A DNA stretch of 64,000 nt from Amphiscolops sp. MND2022 (lineage: Eukaryota): positions 18,972,001-19,036,000 of the forward strand of contig OZ076415.1 of NCBI GenBank assembly GCA_964187785.1, in the 5' to 3' direction. Shown here piece by piece: positions 10,701-20,203 of this stretch (position 1 is the stretch's first letter; the number at the start of each line of letters is the position of its first letter). The notes below the pieces were generated by a model that did not search any database, was not told where the DNA came from, and worked only from the letters and a program-made list of their open reading frames with translations. The translations under genes and the position numbers were made by a program.

Positions 10701-13700
10701 GAACTTTACCCGGTTTGTGTGGATTAACGACCGGATGGTGCGGAAGGTACCACTCGCGGGTTTTACTCACTTTGAAACAATCGGCTTTGTTAACGTTCAC
10801 TATGTAACCTTTGGAGTGATCTTCATGGATGATTTTGGAGTATCGCTCTTTCAACTCAGCATCTTTCCCGAGACGACGTTCCAGGGACTTCAGCTGGACT
10901 TGAGCCGAAAAGTAGTTATTCGGCAAACTACTCTCGACCTCAGTCCACAGCATACCCACTTGGTAACTCGACCCATTGTGGTATGTCGTTCGTTCAAGTA
11001 TCTTTTCCGCTCTCGCGTCGGCAGCGGAACGGGGGTCTACATGTTTGAATGCTCCGTATGATTCCATTTCATACCAGCTGCGGAGTTGGTCGCCTAGTTC
11101 GGAATCTGCATCTTTGCTGGACGTGACAGCCTTGAAACACGTTGAAAACAATCCAGAGGTCGATGGAAGGGGTCCACTCAGTACCCAGCCCAGCGGGAGA
11201 CGGACGGCAACTGGAGCTTTCTTACTGTCGGATTCGAAGTACTACAGTGGGCGGATAAAGTGAAACACGTCCTGACCCAGGATCATGTCGACGTCAGCGT
11301 AGCTGTATTTGTTCAAAGATATTGGTTCTAGGTGAGGATACTTGGTTTTCAGGTGGTCAACGTCGATGGTGTCGGTACCTACGCTGAGATTTTCTCTCAC
11401 GTACGGTTTGATGGCAAAGGAGGAGCAAGAGCCACTCGAATGAACGGGTGTCAACTTGAGCTCCACCGTTTCGGTTTCAACGACTTGATGGGAGTTGATT
11501 CCATGTACGGTCAGTTTTGTCGGTACTCCATGAACTTTCAGTTTTCGAGCCAACCTTGCAGAAATCCAAGAATGGCTACAGGCAGAATCGCAAAGGGCTA
11601 ACACTTTTTCGGAGTTCTCATTGGAATGCAATTCTACTTCAGTAATCTGCAAGAGGCCCTTAACATCAGTAACAGACGGCAAACCCGAACTTTCATCAGC
11701 ATGCCCGTTTATCTTCGTTGTTCCAATGCAGGTTGATGTTTCTGGATTTCGATTGTTAGGAGCTTGGTTTTTGTTGGGAAAAATTCGGTCGGCGCCATGA
11801 AGGAACGTGTTGTGGGAGCTTCCACATCCGTCTTTAGTACATTTCCGCGGCTGGGGGCACTGTCGGAACGAATGGTCGTCGTTGAAGCACGAGAAACAAA
11901 GTTTGTTGTCGGCAACTAGCTTTGCCCTCTCCGTAGGAGTTTTCTTTCTAAATACCGGACATCTCCACAGAGGGTGTTTCTCTTTGCAGGCCACGCAAGT
12001 TGGCGCGTTGTCGGACTTTGCTTTGGAGTTTGTATTTCGTTGGTTGGTCGAGGCTATTGCGGCAAACACTTTGGATGTCGTCTTGGTTTTCGTTACACTA
12101 GATTGGGTATTCTCGTCCACTTTGGTCTTTCCCGAAGCTGTTTTCATTCGTTCGTGGGCTTCGGCCTTGTCTTTCAACCAATCGTTGAAGTCGACTAGTG
12201 TCGGTGGGTCTAAGCTACGCTTCACCGTGTGCATCGACCATGCTTCTTTCATGTTCGGTGGAAGCTTTTGAACTGCCTGACCGAGTAGTGAGGCACTTGA
12301 CAAGTCTTGGTTGTAATTAAGGGACCTAAATACTCCAACTAACGAGCTGACTGTTGCCGAGTAGCTAATGATGCTATCGCTATTATGCATCTTCACCGGT
12401 GGTATGTTAGCATGTTTGTCCAAGTACGCGGTTACTACTGCCTGTGGTTGTCCGAATTCGCGCTCAAGTGTTTTGACAGCATCCCTGTACATGGCTCCAG
12501 AGTAGGCAAACTCGGCTATTGCAACTTTGGCTTTTCCGGTAACCAACGTTTTAAGGTATGTCAACTTGACATCGTCTGACAGAGAGGCAGAGTCAATGGC
12601 ACTCTTGAATTGTCCGAACCACTCGTGCCATTGAACGGGATCCCCGTTGTATTGGTACTGTTTCCGCTCTGATAGGTGATCCTTCTTTGTTGAAGCCAGT
12701 AGTTGCGCAACTTCAGGTAATGTGAAACATGCTGAACTTGTCAGTGGTACAGTGTTCGCTTGAGGCGGGAAAACAGAAGCGGCATTAGCGTTAGGCAACC
12801 AGGATGATGGTGGAGTCGACGTACCAACAACCGCTGGGGTAGTAATGACTGGTGGAGGCACGTAGTAAACGGTTCCTCTACAAGTGACGGGTATCGCAGC
12901 TACTGATGATACCGATGTACTACCCAATACTGTGCTCGTTGTGGTTACTTGAATCGGTTGGTTTAGCGGCAGTGCTGTGCTCACTTGCGTCGGCGGGTTG
13001 CTAGTCCCGGATGGAAACGTCCAAGCGGACAGGTTGGGAAGTATGGCCTCTCTATGGCTCCCATGAAAGGAGTATAACTTTCGACAGCTATATCTCGTTT
13101 GAAAAGGGAAGTATGTGACTGACCGGCACAGTGAGAGTTGGGTTTATCGGTACAAGAGGAGGATGCAGCAGAACTTGACTTTGAATAGTTGTTGTTTGAG
13201 TGGTAGTCGTAGAAACCGGTTGCGGTAGCGTTGGCTGAACCGTTGCTGGGGCAGGGACAACAACCGCAGCGGCAAGAGTATTTGGTGGCCGAACAGCCGG
13301 CGTTTGATGAGGGTTTGTAACGTTGAAAACTGGCAGCTGAGGACTAAGAGTTGATACAAAAGCAGCACTGGGGTCGGAATTTGTAGCAACAGCTGCATTA
13401 GTAACTTGGGTTCCGGCAATTTGGGCTTGTTGCGGTGGAATTTGGATCCCGAAAGGATTGGTTGAGGCTGCTGTCGTTGGAACTTCATTAGTCGGCAGGT
13501 TAGCTTCGGCTCCACTGGGCGAATTGTTGATCCATTCATTGATACGCTCTGTTCCAATTCCCTTGCTAGTAGCGCTCAAGCGAGATAGAGTTTCGTGAAA
13601 ATCTAAGTTTGAATCAGACAAGTCTTCTCGAAGTTCCATTTCGGCCAAAGTAGCTTCCGCTAGTTTGCGACGATTTTCCTCCTCTAATTCTTCGACCCTC

Positions 13701-14270
13701 AACGCCTGTTCCTTTCGCAGTCTTTGCAGCTCAAGTACTTGTTGTTCAATTTCGAGTTGTTGTTTTAGCTTTGCTAGGCTTATAATGGCTTCATTTTGCT
13801 TCTTAATCTCCTCACGTCGCTGCTGAGCAATTATGAGATCTCGTTGCTGTTGGCTAGACGTCTTTGAATCTTTGGAGCTGGTTGCTTTGCTGGATTTACT
13901 CTTAACCGTTGTTGTCCGGTGTGAAGACTGAGATGACTTATCCAGTTGTAGGCATTTGTCAATGTAATCCCTTGCTTTTTTCAGGATTTCATCATTTTCC
14001 TCAGTAACGTCATTCAACCACTTCTCCAAGTCGTCAGTTATAGTTGTCGGGTCGTTGCATTTCTTCACAAGCTCCAAAAGTTGCTCATTTTTTGCGAAGG
14101 CTTTCGTCATTGCTGCGTTGCAATATTCGACCAATCGCTCAACACGAACACGACGTTCCGAATTGTCAACAGCATCTTCAATGTCTTTTTGGGAACTTCT
14201 TAAGTTCCGTCTCCGCCTTGAGACGACTCTGGAAATACTTTTGAACTTTCGCCTATACCGGGTCGGTCAT
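7757..14270 (-). pseudogene. BEL gag-pol polyprotein, disrupted
   Basis: ATG at 14268-14270 (MTDPV*AKVQKYF..., with an early stop and frameshift), then ORFs 13088-14134, 11242-12984 (Gag Zn knuckles, protease LCDSAC), 8779-11151 (RT/RH) and 7757-8803 (integrase). Other lesions: 70-bp insertion at ~13046, in-frame TAG 11242-11244, frameshift near 8830. Confidence 0.93.
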
Positions 14271-14343
14271 CTTTTATTACGTTTTCTACAGGTCGGTAGA
14301 AGTTGTTTAGGGAATCAGTTGATCGAACCTTTGTGAGCGTCGA

Positions 14344-14727
14344 CCAAACAGTAAAGTTTGGACACAGTCCGAAAGGATTAATTCTCAAGAATTGGTACGC
14401 TATTTCTTGTTGAAATTACCGTTTGTAGTGCTTCTTCAAGAAGCGCGGGAGAATTTTGTTGTTTTTTTTGGGTTAAAAGCAGTCTCGGACTACAAGGACG
14501 ACGACAAAAACTTAAATCCGCGTTGAAAACGCGGTTTCAGTGTGAGATGTGGTTAAGGGTGCTGTACTGCCAGGATTTCAACCGGACAATAAAGTCCGGA
14601 CACCATTCTGACAGTGAAGGACGAGGACGGAGTTTCAAGGTATCAACCTGACAATAAAGTCTGGCCACAACCCTGAAGACTATGGAAGGTGTGTAGAGAT
14701 TTCAACCAAACAACGAAGTTTGGACAC
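14344..14727. repeat. Four short hairpin repeats in the gag leader
   Basis: CCAAAC-AGTAAA-GTTTGG (14344-14361), CCGGAC-AATAAA-GTCCGG (14582-14599), CCTGAC-AATAAA-GTCTGG (14647-14664), CCAAAC-AACGAA-GTTTGG (14706-14723), each followed by (A/C)CAC. Confidence 0.85.
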
Positions 14728-14763
14728 GGTCTCTACAACAAGTAAGTTAACGTTGGGGTGGGT

Positions 14764-15441
14764 TCAGTGAGACGGATTCAAAGATGCCCTTTTGATGGCG
14801 TTCCGGACACGCTTGCTAGGCCTCTTTGGGCGGCTTTTATCAGTAATAGCTGATAGTTGACTCTCTTTACGTAAAATGAAGTCAAGACTTTTCAATTCAA
14901 GCTCTGGGCTCTGGTGTAAAGCCTTATATTTTTTCAGAAGCTGTGGATCTTTTTGTTTTTTCGATGAGATAAAATCTTTCACGATACTGAATACTTCGAT
15001 GTTATGATCGGTTTTCAATAGATTCAAAGCAACAAAAATGTACGGCGTTCGATAACGTTGGCAATAAACCAGAGCACAGAGTTTGTCTTGAATAGCTTTA
15101 AACTCATCAATCAATTGTGCCACAGTTAATGCTTGAAAACTGTTACTGTCGTGACGGAAAATACTGTCATTTAAAACCTCATGCCAAATAACAATGTTCT
15201 TTTTCTCTTTTAGATCTGTGGGAGCAAATTCTGAACAATTTTTTTTGGATGTCTAGTGTTTTTGTTCAGACTCAGGCCCGGGATTGAGAAATTTTTTATC
15301 GTTATAGCTAGTTTGTTCTTCGAGGGTTAATGTTTTCAAAGCATGATCTAAAGAACTGGCAGCTATTATAAAAACTATGTGTGTAACTTGAACATTTTTT
15401 TTTGCGATCAGTTTTTTTTCGCAAATTGATTTTTTGTTCAC
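14764..15441 (-). pseudogene. Extra ORF inside the BEL element, SGNH/GDSL-like motif order, two frameshifts
   Basis: Joining frames gives ...IVFIIAASSLDHAL...IPGLSLNKNTRHPKKIVQNLL..DLKEKKNIVIWHEVLNDS...LCALVYCQRYRTPYIF...YKALHQSPELELKSL. It lies between the PBS and gag on the element strand. Confidence 0.6.
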
Positions 15442-16074
15442 GATTATAGCTATGTTGTTTTTAAATCGAAATCAATTTAGGGCTTGCCATCTCGAAACAT
15501 AATCCCACATTGGAACAGCAACTTTCCCTACTTGACACTCAAGTGCATTATTTCATTTCGTTTTGAAACACTAGTTTCTGGGTAACCTTAATTTCCGGGT
15601 TTGTCAGGCAAGTGGGGGATCTTCGCCTCACCTTTTTCTGGCTGCTAGAGGGGGGGGGGGCGTCTACAGCTGGCTGAAGGGGGTGGTTTGGCTGAGTAAC
15701 CCTTCAAGTAGCTCGTCCCAGTCCCGATGTAATAATTGAATGATTAATTATATGAATGAACTCATTCCAAGTCAGATGAAGAAAGCCTGCGAGGTTTGCA
15801 ACCTCTCCACCCACGTGGCCAAAAGTGGTGTCACATAAACTCACTTAGCCCTCGCGCCTGATGAAGACTGTCTCACGTCATCACTAGACTCGTCAAAGAA
15901 TAAACTGTATCCCGGAAGCCCAAGGACTGGCGATGAGCAGAGCAGATCCAGAATCGACTTCAATAACTTTCCAATAAAATCACAAGCAGTCCAAGCTACA
16001 CTGAACTTAAAGTCCACGTAAAGTAATCCCAAGTCAGCTGTCAGTGTGTTGGAAATGAGTGCAACTGCAGAAAG

Positions 16075-16091
16075 CCTCTCTATGGCCACCA
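16075..16091 (-). promoter_or_regulatory. Primer binding site of the BEL element
   Basis: TGGTGGCCATAGAGAGG directly follows the LTR-terminal CA; it is complementary to a ...TGGCCACCA 3' end. Primer tRNA not securely identified. Confidence 0.8.
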
Positions 16092-16453
16092 TGAAAGGAA
16101 TATAACAGCTATATCTCGTTTGAAAAAGGGAAGAATATCAACTTCTATTCAAATGTTTTTTGGTCCCGAATAACAGTAATGAATATCAAAATAATATGTA
16201 CGAACATGCAAAAGAACAATACTTGTTTACAAATTTTATTAAACAAAATTGAAGTTTCGAGATAGCAAAGTTCGAAGGTCAAAAGCAAAGTTTTTTACAA
16301 TGTATTTTTGCGGAATATAATTTTACATTTTTCGGTTGCCGGGATTGGAACCTACATCTTAATGGTTGATAGTCTAGCGCGCATCCTCTATGCTATCGCT
16401 ACTTGATTTCTGTTAATTCAACCTTATTTGTAAACTTTATTTGCTTTGCAACA
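16092..16453 (-). repeat. BEL element 5' LTR, shared with an upstream truncated copy (362 bp)
   Basis: Homologous to 7224-7605; PBS on the inner side, PPT plus integrase C-terminus on the outer side; tRNA-like segment at 16333-16402. Confidence 0.9.
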
Positions 16454-16920
16454 TCCTCCGGGCCCGAGAAGATGTGATGAGGAAAACTCAAAAACCTAAG
16501 GGAACTTTTTTTTCAAATTCATGAAGTATACATGCAATGTTTATTGTTTAATGAGTACATGTTATCAGTAACGAACAAAATGGGTTGAGAATGAGTCAGT
16601 GTTTCATTCAGGAATGGGAAGGACGGGAGAGAGCTTGACGATGGGACGGGTGAGGTTACCAGATGATGTCTTTACTTCCGCTGACCGCGCGACGGAATCG
16701 ACGCCGTAGTTTAACTTAACCACACGGGCCAGCGGATAGTGTCCTCTCGGCGTGGTGGGCTCCACTATCCAGACTAGATCTACCGTCTTGAGTTCGCGGT
16801 TAGAGGGAGTCATCCATTTAGAACGGCGGTTGAGCGTTGGAACGTACTCCTTAGGCCATCGGTTCCAAATTGCGTCTGAATACGCTTGAGCTCGAACGTA
16901 CCGCTTTCGATGATCTATTT
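16454..16920 (-). mobile_element. 3' end of a second BEL copy (integrase C-terminus, 3' UTR, PPT)
   Basis: Copy of ~7606-8072 (IDHRKRYVRAQAYSDAIWNRW...SPVLPIPE*); homology stops abruptly at ~16920. Confidence 0.9.
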
Positions 16921-17103
16921 GCCAAAAAAATCCTGAAAAGGCTCTCTCTGGTCCTCGGAAAACGTTTTGTTTCTGCTGAAAATCTAAAGGGGCCAAAACA
17001 AGACCATCTACATTTGGGCCATCTACAAACTACATTTGTTCGGAGAAAGAGTCCCTTTCGACAAAGCCGCAACCCATATTGGATTTAACGGAAATGTATA
17101 ACG

Positions 17104-18270
17104 TGTTGTTAGATCAACTGGAGGTCGACAGTCCTTTTCTGTCATTTTTGATTTAAACCCGATTGTGTCTTCTCTAACTTCTTGACTGCCTGGGGACACA
17201 CCAGACTCCGTTTCCCTACTTCCCGAACAGGACATAGAGCTAACAATGTTTTGGATCTCTGGTATGACTTTCTGCTATTGCCGCGGTTATTTCTCTATTT
17301 ATCTGCGTATGCATCATGGACATCATGAAAGCCTCATATTAATTTCACTAGTAAAAGTTTCCATTGTTTCCTGGAAGTGATCTTGCCTTGGAATTGTACC
17401 TTCATCGCCATACTGCCCGAAGTTATGGTCCTGTGAGTGATCCCCTGAAGTGTGAACCTGACTCAATGTTGCAATGGTTTTCCGGATTTCCAATAACATC
17501 TGATAGTTCACGTTCAATAAAATTGGTATTTTCGTTTCCAAGTACTACGTCCATATTTTCAAAGTCGGACATCACGTCCATCTCTCCTGACTTTCTAGTT
17601 TTCGCCTTTTGTCTTCTAGTGGAAGGCATAAGCAGTTGTTACAAGAGGAAAGACTTGAATTATCTTTGGCTTGTAAATCAAAATTGTATCAGCTGTATTG
17701 AGGTTTATCAATTCGTATTATTGTCCTCGGGACTAGAAGTCCCGGTTATTTATACGAGGTTATGCATGACATACAAAACAAGAGGGTCATGGAGTTTTTT
17801 TTAGAACACTCGCTTTTCCAATTAGTTGAACAACCGAGTACGGCCTTTAAGTGAAAGCCATTAACAGCGCAGTAGAATGAGAAATGCTCGCTTCTGATTG
17901 GTCAGTTTTTCATCGGACTAGCTGTCCAGACGACAGGCAAAGAATCATTTGAACACGTTTTCTTTGCCTGTACACCTTGGTGTCCAATCACTTATACTGT
18001 AGTACATCATAATAACATAAGGTAATATATCAGAGTAACAACCTCTTGATTCCAACAACACTAATTTGAGTCGGAAGGGTCCGACATTTGGTCCGAAAAT
18101 TAGAGCAGTTAAATACAAACCATTCAAATACTAGTTCAATACAAATACAATCAGTAAGTTTTGTAATAGGTTCTTGGCCACTCAGTCCATCGGGATTGAA
18201 CCTAGGAGGGGGTTATAGTGTTAGTACGCTATATTATACCAATTTCCATCGCAGGCGGGAGCCTGCGACA
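17104..18270 (-). repeat. Gypsy element A LTR containing the gag N-terminus
   Basis: Minus strand starts TGTCGCAGGC at 18270, like the element B LTRs, and ends ...CTAACAACA at ~17104. Contains MPSTRRQKAKTRKSGEMDVMSD (from 17629), similar to MPTTRKQKKARKSRG in element B. The end coordinate is inferred. Confidence 0.75.
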
Positions 18271-18299
18271 CGACCCCTGCCATAAGGAGGAAAGTCCTT

Positions 18300-18960
18300 G
18301 CCGACATGCGGTCCGGACATGCCCTTCTTCATGCTTCCGTTTCTGCAAGCGTCTCGCCCAAGACCTTTGTCTTGTCCAGAAAGTCATTGGCAGTTTCGTC
18401 TTGAATCTGTTGGACCAATCTGAGTAGTTGGGTAGAGCTCAAATTTCTGCCAGCACCATTCCGTTGAAGTGGTTTGCTACTGTTTCCATTGAGACAGTGT
18501 CGGTTGAGTATAACTAATCAGAAGTATCTGGCTCACAGCTCGGTCCTCTGTCCACTGCCAGGGGCGACAATGGGTTGTCTACTTGGGGTACCAAGTTTCA
18601 ACACAAGTTGTTGGGATGGTTGTTTCTGATTCTCCCATCACATCTTATTGTATTGGCCCGCTACCACGGCCGAGGTTGAAATACCTTTGGTGAAACGTCG
18701 GGAATGGTACCAATTTTTGACTCGGCGTACTGCTCCTCTTCTGTGACGAAGTAGCATCAGAGGCGGGTATCGGACTAGGATTAGCTAGTTGTCTTTCAAT
18801 GCACTGGGCCATCATGGCCACTTCTCCCGTCTTGTCCTCCATAGAAGAGGAAACGTCCCAGATGGAGCTTGCACTCATTCTGTCCCCGTTATCGTCCTCG
18901 TCGCTCAACAGATAGATTATTGCTGGCTCCCTCCAATTGGGCTGCGCAAACAAAGTCCAT
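18300..18960 (-). pseudogene. Gypsy A sense accessory ORF just upstream of the 3' LTR, decayed
   Basis: Acidic Ser-rich N-part (IIYLLSDEDDNGDRMSASSIWDVSS) and C-part VQQIQDETANDFLDKTKVLGET..RRA, aligning by eye with 61211-61870. Confidence 0.55.
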
Positions 18961-20203
18961 GGGGAAAGTTTTAGAGATGTCCCACATTGCTCTAGCTTTA
19001 ATCAGTTTTTAGCAATTTTGAAATGCAGAGTAGTGAGTTTCAAACTTTGAGTCTAAGGATGGCTGCTGATCAGTGAGAATGAAATTGGAAGGATGATGAT
19101 TCTCTTCTTGTCGGCCCGCGGGGATTTCATTCAGATTTGTTTTACTTTTCCCGGGTTTTTGCGTTGCATTCTCCTAGTAAATTGTCATTAACAAAGTTTT
19201 CCCCAGGATCAGCTTTCAACCTGTCGCTGAGGCCTCTTCGAAGAGCCGACAGCGGCCTTGTTGACTCGCACTAACTCTATCAACACTCCCAGTTAACGTG
19301 AAGTCCTTGAGCATCACGATGAGTGTTTATTAACACTCATAAGCCACTTGAAGATTTCAAGTGGGTGAAGATACGGCTGAAGGCCACGTGGTCTTCCATC
19401 TCGTGAAGCAGCCAATAAGATCGCAGCAAATTTTCGTCTTTTACAAAATGGACATTCAAAGGTTAAAGCCCATATAAGGAGCAAAATAATATGATATTGA
19501 AATAATAAAATCACGATGGAACTAACAAAATATTCGTTTGAAATAACAAAGTTTGCCAGATAAAACAAGGTACTATAGATATTGCTGGCAGACTCTATCG
19601 ACATATCAACGTAAAATATAAACGACTATAAATTTGACACCAAACTGTATAGCCACGAACTCCATTTTCAACATCTTGTCACATTGCTGATTCGCCATTC
19701 AATTCTTTTCTTTTAATTCCTCATCGTATTCTTCTTGTATTATCCAGTACTTATTCACTCTTAGTATTTCTCTTCATTGTATTTAAACCATAGTTAGTTT
19801 TCCAGTCTTTGAGTTGTCTTTTTATATTCTTCTTTTGCATCCCCACTTTGGACACTTCGTCCATTCTCCTCGTTCTTGTGGACCATTCTTACCAGCTTCG
19901 GATTTGTCGACAACAGGTCCCAACAATAGCACCATTCCCAACACCAGTTACAGTTTGTCTGATCTTCAGTCTTTAACGTCAGCTTGTCACTTGGTTCTTT
20001 CTTTCCAAGTAAGTTGGAACCCTCTTTTTCTCTGAACGGAAATTAGCTTGATCAAGTCTTAAACATCGTTCAAGTACTTCCAGTCCAACAACACAAGTCT
20101 TCACATGTGTTCAATTTTATCTACTTCCGGAAAATTATTAACGCGGTAAATGGATTCTGATTCAGGAAGGTTCTAGCTTAATCTCATCTCGTTTTATTTA
20201 GAC

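Larger units (their letters stand above)
7224..16453 (-). mobile_element. BEL/Pao LTR retrotransposon, near full length, inactivated
   Basis: Two homologous LTRs with TG...CA ends, PBS, PPT, and Gag-protease-RT-RNaseH-integrase with BEL signatures (YMDDYL, WREDP, IPKLELQA, FTCLTTRAVHFE, WSDNGTN, GGVWER, RGHYPLARV). Confidence 0.95.

Noticed and set aside
8243-12579. Plus-strand ORFs overlapping BEL gag-pol
   Set aside because: Antisense shadows of a long coding region, with no motifs.
14574-14727. Repeat-spacer pattern resembling a CRISPR array
   Set aside because: Only three degenerate repeats, eukaryotic context, inside an LTR element, no cas genes; treated as structured leader repeats.
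15640-15840. G-run and short antisense peptide MKKACEVCNLSTH in the BEL leader
   Set aside because: Too short, no supporting copy in the window; CxxC may be chance.
19320-20100. Segment between the divergent accessory genes of element A
   Set aside because: Looks like foreign or decayed sequence, but no frame gave a recognisable motif.
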